A DNA stretch of 64,000 bases from Paramoeba atlantica (Eukaryota > Protista > Discosea): positions 124,001 to 188,000 of the forward strand of contig CDRNVI010000163.1 of NCBI GenBank assembly GCA_977017575.1. Direction: 5' to 3'. The notes beneath the pieces are model-generated. The model had not been told where the DNA came from and ran no database searches. It saw only the letters and a program-made list of their open reading frames with translations. A program made the translations under genes and the position numbers. Numbering within the stretch: position 1 is the first letter of the stretch; every line of letters begins with the position of its first letter. Below, piece after piece: positions 1 to 11,469 of the stretch.

Positions 1-127
1 GGTTCACATGTGAAGAAAAAGAATATGATGAAAAATAAAAACATGTTTTTTTCATCGACGATCTGCTACTTCTTTTCCTTTTCTCTTTAGAGCCCCTCTC
101 TTCTCCTTTCAATTTGGGGTACTACAT

Positions 128-1166
128 TTAAAAGAGTGTTAGAAAACAAACAAACAAAATCCTCCAAAAAAGAAAGAAAGAAAGAAAAAAGTACTTGGCA
201 AGGATTTGATCAAGGTCAGATTGAGAAAAAAGAGAAACAATTTTCGATGAGGTTCTCCTTGGATACAAAATTCGACGACTTTTCAAAACTTCAGCACCAG
301 TTTCTCCATCACTTGTTTCTTGTTCTTGGTCACTTTCTTCGTTATCCTTTTCTTCAAGCTTTCTCTTTTTCTTTTTCTCTTCCCTCTCCCCTTTTCTTTT
401 TCTCTTCTTTTTCTCTCCCTTGCTGCTATCACTCTTCCTCTTCCTCTTTCCCTCTTTTTCTGTTGTTTCTTTTCTTTCTTTTCTTTTTTCTTTTTTCTTT
501 TCTTTTTTCTTTTCTTCCGTTTGAGATTGCTGGTAGTGAGAATTCAAACGAGCAAGAACATCAGCATATTGTGATTTAGTTTCAAGCCAATTATCACTGC
601 CAAAATGATTCAGTCAATTTTTGAATTCTCACAAACATAAAAGAAAATAAAATCTCAAAACCTAGTATTTGATAGTTCTGTTCCAAGGCCTGTTCGATCA
701 AATTGTTTTGAGGTCTTGATTCCACTCACCGGACCTTTTTTGAGAAAAAAAAAATCAGAAAAAAACACCCCACCAAAAAAAAAAAAAAGAGTGATGAAAA
801 AAAAACCTTGAAGATTCTTTCCAAGACCACAACCTTCTTTCCAACCCATTTTCAGCATCATTTGGTAACCAAAACCTGAAGTGTCACTGTTTTTTTTTTT
901 TTTTTGGTAAAAGGAAAGGTGTGTTAGTTCCAACCTGCTCTTTCTTGTGGTTGTTGATTTGAAATTTGATCTATTTTGTACAAAATCTTGAAAGAGAGAA
1001 AAAAAAACTTTTTCCATTTGGTATTATTGGGGTCTGGTGACTTGGCCTGTGCACAGAAAGAAGAAATTATTAAATCCCACTCTGAATAAAGCAAAGAAAA
1101 AACTGAAAAGAAAAAAAAAATACCATTTGTTGTTGGTGCTCTTTTCTCGAACTTTTGGTAACCCAT
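128..1166 (-). CDS. PINX1: PINX1/Pxr1-like G-patch nucleolar protein, multi-exon; 3' end uncertain near window start
   Basis: Spliced exons give DPNNTKWKNDTSGFGYQMMLKMGWKEGCGLGKNLQG (G-patch; cf. yeast Pxr1 DPRNTAWSNDTSRFG) and KSRRILYPRRTSSKIVSLFSQSDLDQIL, with a K/E-rich region. Confidence 0.8.
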
Positions 1167-1756
1167 TCTCCTTCAGCAATTGTATAACGAGGCGGGCGAA
1201 CAGTTTCCATAATGTTTTATGAAACAAAAGACAACAACTGCTGCAAAAAAAAAGAGGGAAAAATTTTTCGCTCTTTCGTTGATTTTTTTCGGCGGTTGAA
1301 AAAATCTCTTTTGGTTCGTTTCTCTGTTTCTTTTTCTTTGTTTCTTTTTCGTTTCAAACGGAAACAAGATCCAACTGTTTGTTTCCGGAGATCAGACTTC
1401 TCTCTCTCGAATGTATCGTGTCAAAGTACTTTGACAAACGAACCTCACAAGAGAGCTAGTGAAGATGTCAAGCTGATTCCCGTGAAAGAGAATTCAAGAA
1501 AAGAGCCAACACTGAGATTTCCGTTCTTGGAATCAGAATGATTCAGAATTCGAATGGAATGCTTCATACTCACAGCTCTTGGTTCATTCTTCAAGACATT
1601 TTTTTTGGAGAGAGTAGTCATGCAAACTACCTTTGGATCAAAAACCTCCTTGAACCCCAGATGAATTATTTTTTGAGATTCTTGAAATCAAAAAATTGCT
1701 TCTTCAAAAATGAGGAACCCAAAAAAGAAGGAGAAGCAGAGAATTGAATTTTTTTT

Positions 1757-2808
1757 TTACTGTTGTTGAACAGCAGCAGAGGCAACTCCGTTTAACTGAT
1801 CACGAATTTTGCCAAGACCTTCTAACATGGTAGCCAAGGATGCTTGACTCAATTCAAAGTGAACCACTTCTTTCTCTTCATTACTATCTTCTCCTTCTCT
1901 CTTCACTTCCTCATTTTCAAAAGAGAATGGTTTGCTTTTCCATTCTCTCTGTCGGGCTGTTTCCATTTGTACCATCACACAAGGAATAGACATCTCTTTT
2001 TTTCAAAAAAAAAATAAAAATAACTTTTAAATTCAAATCGAAAAAGAAGAGAAGAAAGAAGGAAAGAAGTTGGCTCACCTGTGACATAATTAGAACAAGT
2101 TTGGACATCAATTCGCCAGTCAAAAGAACTGAGACGAGGGAGCGAAGGGATATTTTGCATTGCCGCCTGACGAAACTGAGGTAACCTCCCAAAAAGAACT
2201 GTTTTGAGATATCAACAGCAGTTTTTCTTATTTTTTTCTTTCTTCCCAACCTCTCTTTGACAAAAATCTACTCAAAGAATACCACCCACTATCTCGTCTC
2301 TTTTTCTCCTTTTACACTCATTTTCCCCAATTTTTTTTAAAAGAGAACCTTGAGTAATCACTTTACGCAATTGTGGGTGAAAATCTTCTGCGAAGAGGAC
2401 ATAGACGTCTTCTGGTGAATCAGCATCATACACTGCTCTCCTGATCAGACGTGTTGCTGTTGCGATGACCTTTTGTTGTTTTTTTTTTCAAAATCAGGAA
2501 AAAGATACATGGATGTTTGTGTGTGAAGAGAAAAAGAGAAAGGAGGAAACCTTTTTTGTTTGCTTGAAATCAACTTCAAAGAGCTCAGACAGCGATTTTA
2601 AGTGTGCAACAGGAAATTCTGAATCTCGAAATTTGAAACAAGCAACCTGCCCAGATACACAAGTGAGTTTTGGTTTTGTTTTTCTTTTCCCTCTTCAAAG
2701 AAAGCTTCTTCTTCCCCAACTCAAAAAAAATATCCAAACCATAAACTCATCAACCGCCTTCTTTGAAGGGGCTTTGACGAGAGCTTCCAATGGTTCAAGG
2801 CCCTCCAT
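1757..2808 (-). CDS. COMMD9: COMM domain protein 9, multi-exon
   Basis: Exons MEGLEPLEALVKAPSKKAVDEF, LFAEDFHPQLRKVITQ, SLPRLSSFDWRIDVQT and FELSQASLATMLEGLGKIRDQL match COMMD9 motifs in order. Confidence 0.85.
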
Positions 2809-3018
2809 CACAAAAAAGAACAAACACAAAAAAAACACAAACTCCAAAAAAAAAACCCCAAAAAGGTCGTATTTTAGAGCCAAATAATTTTTTTTTGGAA
2901 TTTTCTTTCTTTTTTCTTTTTTTTTTTTGATTTCTTTTTTGGTTTTGTTTTTGTTTTGGGAGTGGTGGTGTGAACCTGAACCACTCCAAAACAAAATTTG
3001 TGCTTCCTTTTGAGACGG

Positions 3019-4839
3019 ATGGGTTTGTTGTTGAGAGCTGGGATGTATTGTTTTTGTTTTATCTCTCTCTTCCTCATCATCTTTTTTATTTCTACGTCTT
3101 GGTCTTCTGATCTGGAAAGAGACACTCCACTGAAAACAGACAAACAATCACACTCTTCTGGAATCAAAAGCAAAGTCAAAGGAACTTTTGTTTATTTGGT
3201 GACAAAAGAAAAATCTGTTGACACCGCTTCTTCAAACTCCCATCCTGTTTGGGATTATATTGGAGATTTGATTGTCAGTTTGCGATTTCTCCAATTCAAT
3301 TTTAACAAGAAGTTCATTTTTTTTTTTGTTCAAGATGATTCATCTTTTCGACCCTTCTTCTTTCTTCTTTCTTCTTTCTTCTTTTTTTTTGGTAATTACC
3401 TTTTAAAATTCTGATTCAAGTTTTTAAAAAAAGGTATAAATATCCAGTAACAATTTTTCATGATGGGTTGTCTTCTCAGGTTCGTTTTGACCAAAAAGGG
3501 AAGAAGAAAAAGATGAAAGATGAAATATGAAAGAAAGATGAAAAGGAACTCATTCCTAATTATGTTTTATAAAAGGAAATTGCAAAAATTTTAAAAAAAG
3601 CTGGGGAGATCAGTGATCTGGTTACTTTCCATGAAATTGAATTTGATTTCCCTCGAAGCATGAGTTCTCTTTCTGAAACACAAAAATCTGAGGTTCTCTC
3701 CCCAATTGCCTTCCACTCTCTTTCTCTTTCTTTTCTAATCTTTCTTTTTGTTTTAAATAGTTAAATGGGGACACATGCACAGGAAAACCATGGCACTTAG
3801 ATTATCTTCACATGAATCGGTTCTTTACACTCAAAATGTTCCAACATCCAGCGTTACAAGATTTTGATTATTACATTCGGCTTGATACTGATCTTTTTGT
3901 TAAGGGACAGGTTCTCTTTCCCATCTTCTTTTGTTCATTTCCTCCTCTATTTTCCACAAATTAATGATTTTGGAAATTCTTTCTCTCATTCCTTACCAGA
4001 TCCCATTTGACTTGTTTGAAAGAATGAGAGATCAAGATTTATCTTTCTTATTTTGGAATGAAAATACTGAACCACAGGTTTCGTTTTATTATTCTTTTTC
4101 ACTCCAATTTTTGTTGTAGTTTTTCATTGAGAAGAAATATTGATGTTTTTTTAGAATTGTGTGTATGGACTTGGAGAAGCGACGCAAATTTATGCCAAAA
4201 AGAAAAAGATTCCACTTGGGCAATTTGACGAAAGGGTTTGAAAGAGATTCACTTTTGAGAAAATAAGAAAAGAGGGAAAAAAGGGAGAAGAAAATACCAT
4301 AATTTTTTGATGAAGAATTCTCACTAAAAATTGGTCGTGGTTTTCAGAAAGCATACCATGGATGTTTTGGAGGAGGAAAACTAGGTTTCTTTCAATCAGC
4401 AGAATATCAAAACTATGCTGATTATTTGAATGAACTGGGTGGAATATACCACCATCGTTGGGCAGATCAAGTGATCTATCGAATTGCCCTTCAGGTTTTT
4501 TTCTTTCTCCCCTACCCGTTGAGCTTTTCTTTTTTCTTATAATCACTATTTTTTTTTTTCAAGATGTTTGGGGAAACTGGAGCAGGTCATGTAAAACGAT
4601 GGCCAGAATTAGGGAATTATCTCCAACACAACAAACGATATCCATCTGATCTCTGTGTGATTGCTCCAAAGCATCACAAATGTGCCAAGGATTCATCTGG
4701 AACAGGGATTTCTTTTCGATTGGCCTCTGATTCTTTAAAGATGGAGCCTCGTCATTCGGGAGCCTATGCTAAAGTTTATCCAAAAAGAGAAGAAGAACCA
4801 CCAAGACAGAAAAGAAGACAAGAAAAAGAAGACCTTTAA
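3019..4839 (+). CDS. GT15 (Kre2/Ktr/Mnt1-like) alpha-1,2-mannosyltransferase, type II membrane protein, multi-exon
   Basis: N-terminal TM helix, then DYLHMNRFF, FDYYIRLDTD (DxD) and GGIYHHRWADQVI (cf. GGFYYERWGDAPV). Confidence 0.7.
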
Positions 4840-5150
4840 AAAGTCAAAAAAAGTTATAAAAAAAAATATTATCTTGTTTTATTCTTGAAGGAGGAGTCAA
4901 ATTGAAAAAAATGGTCGATGAATGAGTTCGATGGATGGATGATGCAAGCAAAGAAGAAGAAGAAGAGATACAAAAATCTCACACTGTGATACAAAACTGA
5001 AATTGCGCAAAAAGATACCTTGTGAAAACACCCCCCTTTTTTTTGGCATTTCGTTTTTTTGTTTTGTTTTTTGTTTTGTTTTGTTTTTTTTTTTGGAAAG
5101 GTGAAAAGTTTTGTTTTGTTTCTGACTTAAGGCCTTGTGTCTGTCTGTTG

Positions 5151-8100
5151 ATGTCAGAGTGTAGTGGTGGTAATCCCAGGGATCACCACTTGCCAGCGAG
5201 GAGTAATAGTGGGGAAAGTTACTCCTCTTTCTTTTCTGCCATTTCCCCCACACTCTCCAAAAGTCTAAAAGCAACATCGAATGTTGAGTCTCGGGCAGAG
5301 TCAATCAGAAAAGTTGGGAGAGTTGAGGATGAAGAGAGAAACTTTCTTTCTCCTAAGAAACCACCGAGGTATAAAACAATTCTGAGCCCTGAAAGCCTCT
5401 CTGAGAGTGCCACAGTTGAGTGTCTCCCAAAAAAAGATGAGAGCGTAACAGGGGAAGAAAGATCGAATCAACAAGACCACTTATTTCCAATGACTTCTCC
5501 AAAGAAACCACCCAGACGGAATCAGACAGTAACAAATTCAAAGAGATTCAGTGCCTTTTCTCCCAGACAATCGCCCAACCAACAAGAATTAAGCGCCTCT
5601 TGTCATACCACTCCAACAACAACAACAACAACTCATCATGCAACATTTGTTTCTTCTTCACAACCCCCTCCTCGCCCCACTGTAACACCTTTATTTATTG
5701 AAGAAGATGACCAATCTTCAAACAATTTGAAAATAGGAGGCCCCACCCAAATTTACTCTCTGACTTCTCCCAGGAAGAAATTAAAGAAGAAGGAAAAAGA
5801 GAAAGAGAAAGAGAAACGGATAAGAAAGAGGAGTGTATCTCGCCCATCAGGATCGAGAAGAGGTTCCCATAAGAGATCTCACTCAACAGAACAACATTCT
5901 CTCGTTCTATCAGATGATCCCACTACAAAATCTTCACCTTGTGCTTGTCCTCGCTCTCCTTCTTCAAACCCTTCTTCAAACCCTTCTTCTCCTTCTCCTT
6001 CTCCTTCTCCTTCTCCTCCCCAATCCCCTCTCCAATCTCCTTTCCGTTCTATAAAGAGAAAACAAAAGAAAAATACCAGCTTAATTCAACCAGCAACTCC
6101 GACTCACCTTTCTTCTCCTTTTCAAAAAAAAAGAGTTTCTCATAGAAGGGGAAAGTCTGATTCAATTCGATTGCCTTCACCGGCGCTTCATTTTGAAGTT
6201 TTATCAACTTCTTCTTCCTCTCGCAAGAACAAGAAGAAGATAGTTTTTCCTGTATCAAGCAGCGACATTTCAGAGGTTTTTTAGATATTTTTCTCCTTTC
6301 ATTTGATTTTCTTCTTTTTCAGCCAAGAAATATGAGTGGAGTTCTCATTTTTGATTTAGGAAGAATTGCGTGACATTCGCCTCCCTTCTTCTGTATCCAA
6401 GGAATTCATTTCTCGTTATTATGAAAATCTATCTCAAAACAAAGCTTGTCTTGAATCAATGAAAAAGTTAGGGGTTACAACTCTTGAGACAGAGGTGGAT
6501 CAACAAGAAAAGTTCTCCGAAAAGATGCCTTCTTCTATATCACAAACTTTGAAAGGAATCAAAGATGGTTTGTTTTATTTAGACTTCTTTTTGATTTATC
6601 AATCTCCTTTTCTTCTCTTTCTTCTTTCTTCTTTCTTCTTCTTCTTCTTCTTCTTCTTCTTCTTCTTCTTCTTCCTCTCTCTCTCTTCTCTGTCTTCTCT
6701 TCACTCTTCTTCATCTCTCCTTTCCACCAATTATTTTATTTACCAACCAATTTATTTCAACATCATATAATTTTATCTCTGACAAATTCTTTTCAAAAAA
6801 AAAAAAAAAAGGTTCTCTGAGTTTGGTGACATCGTCCGGGTCTACAGATATGGGTTTAGAGGTGTGGAGGGAATGGAGGGAATTGATTGGTGATATTTTT
6901 TATTTTTTTGACTATTCTTTTGAAGATGGAGAAGGTGGTCATTCTTCGGTTTGACTTTTTTTGTTTTTTTTTGTTTTTTTTTTTTTGTTTTTTTTTTTTG
7001 TTTTTTGTTTTTTGTTTTTTGTTTTTTGTTTTTTGTTTTTTGTTTTTTGTTTTTGTTTTTATTTTTATTTTATTTTATTTTATTTTATTTTATTTTATTT
7101 TATTTATTTTACTTATTTATTTATTTATCTTTCCTGCTTCTTCCTCTCCTTCTTCTTTTATGGCACACACAAAAAAACTTTGTCTCAAAAATATTTTTAA
7201 AAATCTTTAGTGGAGTTTAACTCGACGACACGACTTCAATCGAAGAATTGACCTGCAAGATCGTTTAAAATTTCAAAAGAATTGTACTGTTAGTGATGGT
7301 ATGACGCCCCAAATTCGAAGATCCGAAATCATCAAACCTTTATCAGAATCTCACGCTCCTCTTGGGGTAAATTTTTTTATTTTTCTATTTTCTTCTTTTT
7401 TTTTTATTTTTTATTTTCTTTTTAAAAAGAAATATTTTTTTTTTTATAAAACAGGAACAAGAGAAAAAATGGTTGTCGATGAGTCAATATGCGTATCGGA
7501 CAAGAAAAAATGTTGAACATTCTTTGGCTTTGTTGGATGCTCAAGATAATCACTCTTTTTCTTTTTTGGTTTTTGATGAAGAGGATAATGAAGAGGAAGA
7601 AAGGAAGAAAGAGAAGGAGAAGGAGAAAAGGGAGAAGAAAGGAAAGAAGGAGAAGAAGGAGAAGAAGGAGAAGAGAGAAAAAGAGCGAAAGGAAAAAGAG
7701 GAAGAGGAGGAAGAGGAAGAGAAAGAAAAAGAGAAGAAGAAAGAAAAAAAGGAAAAAGAGAAATCAAAGGAAAAGAAAAAAGAGAAAGATGGGCAAGAAA
7801 GGGAAGAACATAAAGAACAAGAAGAGAAGGAAGAAAATGAGAAAGAGAAAGGAGCAAAAGAAAAAGAGAAAACAAAAGAGAAAGAAAAAGAAAGTAGGGG
7901 AAAAGAAAAAAAAGAGGTTGAAAAGGAAGAACAGAAAGAAGAGAAAGATCTACTATTTCCTCATAAAAAGAAAAGGAGTTTGAAATCAATCATGGAAAGA
8001 AAAGAAAAGAAAAACGAAAAAGAAACTAAATCAAAAGAAAAAGAAGAAGAAGAAGAAAAAGAAGAAAAAGAAGAAAAAGAAAAAGAAAAAGAAAAAAAAG

Positions 8101-10194
8101 AAAAGAAAGAAAAAAAAGAAAGAAAAGAAGGGAAACAAGAAAAAGAAAAAGAAAAAGAAAAAGAAGAAAAAAAAGACGAAAACGAAAAAGAAGAAAAGGA
8201 AAAAGAAAAAGAAAAAAAAGAAAAAAAAGAAAGAAAAGAAAGAAAAGAAGGGAAACAAGAAAAAGAAAAAGAAAAAGAAAAAGAACAAACAACAACAACA
8301 ACAACAACAACAAAAATACCACCACTCTCAACAACAACACAAAAAACACAATCACAAAAAACACAATCACAAAAATCACCACCAAGAAGTCTCTCAAATT
8401 CACCAAGATCATTTTCTCCAAGAACCCCCCGTTTTTTTCATTCTCCTCGTTCTTCATCCAAAGAATCTCCATTATTATCGAAAAAAAAATCTCCTCGTTC
8501 CCCCTCTTCTTCTTCTTCTCATTCTCCTTTTTTATTACACCAATCCACTCCTCAACAATCACAACCACATCCACATTCCCCGCGAATTAGATGGTCTCCA
8601 CACCGAGTCTATTTACCAGAAAGTTCACCACCACAATCACCAACACCTTTTTTTCTTCATTCCCCAAACCAACGGTCAAAGTCACCAACAACAAAATCAC
8701 CAACCAAAAAATCACCAACAAAATCACCAACCACAAAATCGCCAACCACAAAATCACCAACCACAAAATCTCCAACAACAAAATCACCAACAAAATCACC
8801 AACCACAAAATCTCCAACCACAAAATCTCCAACCACAAAATCACCAACAACAAAATCACCACCAACAAAATCTCCGATGATCCAACAACTTCAACAAGAC
8901 AACACAAACTCGACAACAAGATTGATTGTTATCCCACCCACAACATCCAAATATCGAAAGCCACAATTCCTCCCTTCAAAGACACAACTCGATCCATCAA
9001 ATCTCTCCACTGCCTCGATAAATTGTTCATTTTCAAAATCATTTAATCTCTCAAGTGATATCATGTCGGCGACTCTTGCTTCTCTGGCCACAGCTATCGA
9101 GACAGCGGGGGATGATGTTCTTTACTCCACAGACCCTTCTTCAACTCCTTCTTCCTTTACTTCTCAAACATCAACAAATTCCCTCTCTTTAAACTCTCTC
9201 ACTCCAATTGCAGATTGGTCAACCCCTCCAAAAGTTCAAGAAGGAGATCGCTCTTCTCTCAGATTGACTCGTTCAGACCCCACTCTTTCTGATTCATTCT
9301 CTCTCACATCAACTTCCTCTTCTTTTGATTCAGGAAAACCGAAGGTTAATGTTAGTTTGAAAGGGCCTTTGAAGGAAGGAGATGTGTTGGTTCGTTTGTT
9401 CGGAATGAAGGGAGGAGATGGATTTTTTGTTCGGTTTGTTTTTGTTCTTTTCAATGTTTTTTGAGAAGAGTTTTTTTTTTTTCTTGATTTTTTTTTTAAA
9501 ATTTAATTTTAGAGGGAAACTAGTAGCAACTCATGTTTCGATGGAATCAAGTGGTCGAACACCCGGCATTTTTCATCCTTTTAAAGTTTGTTCTCTTGCT
9601 TTTTTCCAATTAAATTCTGTTTTCTCCCCCACCCCCCTTCCTTTTTTTTTTTTCAAACAAAAAAAAAAATAGTGTGCTGCCCAATTTGTGGGAACAGCGA
9701 CAGGGTTCTCCACAGGAATGCAATGTCACGGAGGTTTCTACGATATTTGGCAAAGGATTAATAAGGGATGTTGGGATCAATATGAAATGGACTTTGCTGA
9801 TCTTGTCTATCATCGTTGGAGTGAAGAGAAAGACAAAACAAAGAGAGGGAGGATTGTGTTGGTTGGACACTCGATGGGGGCTTGTCTTGCATCGATTGCT
9901 GCTTATCAACTTATCAACAGATATCCCGAAACACAAACTTCAATCCTTGTTATTACATTAGGAGCTCCATTGTTTGCTCGAAAAGGCTTTAATGATTGGA
10001 TTGAAAGTAACGTAGAAGTGTTAAATATTTCTTTGGTTGGAGATCCCACAATCACATTGCCTGGACTTCCATTTACTGGTTGGAATTCTCCTGGAAGAAG
10101 ACTTTGGATTTCACCACATGGTGTGGAGTTGGAAGAATCTGATCCACACTTTCAGTACTGGGAATTACTTCGATTCTTCCTCTTGCGATTTTGA
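5151..10194 (+). CDS. Large multi-exon protein with a C-terminal class-3 lipase domain and long low-complexity regions
   Basis: Last exon has CHGGF, VLVGHSMG (nucleophile), ITLGAP, GDPTITLP (Asp) and HFQY (His). It joins upstream exons by GT-AG introns. Start codon uncertain. Confidence 0.7.
8685..8875 (+). repeat. Coding 12-15 bp tandem repeat encoding (SPTTK)n
   Basis: About 12 tcaccaacc/aacaaaa units inside ORF 7473-9464. Confidence 0.9.
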
Positions 10195-10362
10195 GATCAT
10201 CTCAAAGAGGAGAGAGAGGGAAGGAACCTTTGGGCATTTTCAAAAAGACATAACAGTATTTTAATAATTATTGGGTCATTCCAATTAATGGCTAAAAAAC
10301 CAAAAACAAAACAAAAGAAAAAAACAGCAAGATAATTAATTTACAATCAAAAAAATTTGTGC

Positions 10363-11334
10363 TCAATCGTCAAGTTGACAACCAAAGCCAGCAAAGATGA
10401 GTTGATGTCCATTCAAATCTTTGACAACAAATTCACGAAATCCCCATGGTTTAACTACCGGTTTGGTAACGATATTGGCTCCTTGTTTCTCATAAAGAGC
10501 ATAAAGTTTATCCACATCTGATACACGGATGTGAAGCTTTGTAGAAGGCACAATTTGTTGTTCTTTTGGGATTTGTGACAATTGGATGGTCACATTCTGA
10601 ACGGACCATTCACCACGAGAAACACTTGCGTGTGTTGGGGGAGTACCAAGAATAAAATCAATTCTGAAGTTTAATTGATCTTGAAAGTATTTGGCACTGG
10701 CTTGGACATCATGGACCATCAAGACAGGTTCGACATGAAAGAATTCAACCTCCTTTGTTGTATCATCATCATCATCATTGTCAATGATTTGTTGTTGTTG
10801 TTGTTGTTGTTGAAAGAATTCTGATTGACGCAACCCCCAAATCCCCATCACATGAGGCTCTTTCTCATGGTCAAATTGTTGAGGAAGACGTCCTTTAAAA
10901 GAAAATCCCAACTTTTGTGCGACTCGCATAGATGGTTGGTTCCTCTCATCAATCCAAAGTTCAATCACTCGAACGTCAAGCTCTTTAAAAACATATCCCA
11001 AGACAGCTTTTGTCGCTTCGACAACAAACCCTTTACCCCAATAATCAGGATGAAGAAGATATCCCATCCCTGGTACACGAAATTGACTGAAGAAATGGAC
11101 TTGTCCAATCACAGTTTCTTGGCCTTTCAGACGAATTCCCCAAAGTTTGGTTTTGTCAACACCGTAATCATGAAATTGCTTTTTTGTTTCAGCAACAGTT
11201 TCATGTTTTGGAGTGGACATAAAACGCATAACAAGATCGTTACTGTAGATGGAATGTAAATCTTCGATATCTCTTTCTTCCATTGGTTTTAAAACGAGAC
11301 GTTCAGTTTCAAGAATTTGCCCATTTTTTGCCAT
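10363..11334 (-). CDS. Intronless fusion of a RimJ/RimL-type GNAT acetyltransferase and a VOC/glyoxalase domain
   Basis: ILETERLVLKP, GYLLHPDYWGKGF and NQPSMRVAQKLGF (Acetyltransf_3-like); then EPVLMVHDVQASAKYF and KPWGFREFVVKDLNGHQL (VOC). PolyQ/polyD linker. Confidence 0.88.
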   Translation of the reverse strand: MAKNGQILETERLVLKPMEERDIEDLHSIYSNDLVMRFMSTPKHETVAETKKQFHDYGVDKTKLWGIRLKGQETVIGQVHFFSQFRVPGMGYLLHPDYWGKGFVVEATKAVLGYVFKELDVRVIELWIDERNQPSMRVAQKLGFSFKGRLPQQFDHEKEPHVMGIWGLRQSEFFQQQQQQQQIIDNDDDDDTTKEVEFFHVEPVLMVHDVQASAKYFQDQLNFRIDFILGTPPTHASVSRGEWSVQNVTIQLSQIPKEQQIVPSTKLHIRVSDVDKLYALYEKQGANIVTKPVVKPWGFREFVVKDLNGHQLIFAGFGCQLDD

Positions 11335-11469
11335 ATCTCTCAGCAGCGAGACCCCAAAAAGAAAGAAAGAAAAGAACCGTCGGCAACTGTCGAAAAAGTC
11401 GAAAACCGCAACGAAAGAAAAATCTGGGGATCTAATTTTAGCATTTTTTTTTTATTCCTTTGTTTCAAA

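Noticed and set aside
6887-8574. Long F/L-rich or K/R-rich ORFs here and at about 23-31 kb, 36 kb, 39.6-40 kb, 41-42 kb and 52-53 kb
   Set aside because: Translations of intronic microsatellites, or antisense/off-frame shadows of low-complexity exons.
10192-10335. TGA readthrough or recoding at the lipase end, since DH follows the stop
   Set aside because: The HxxY catalytic motif (HFQY) lies before the stop, Trp is TGG elsewhere, and other genes end normally in TGA.
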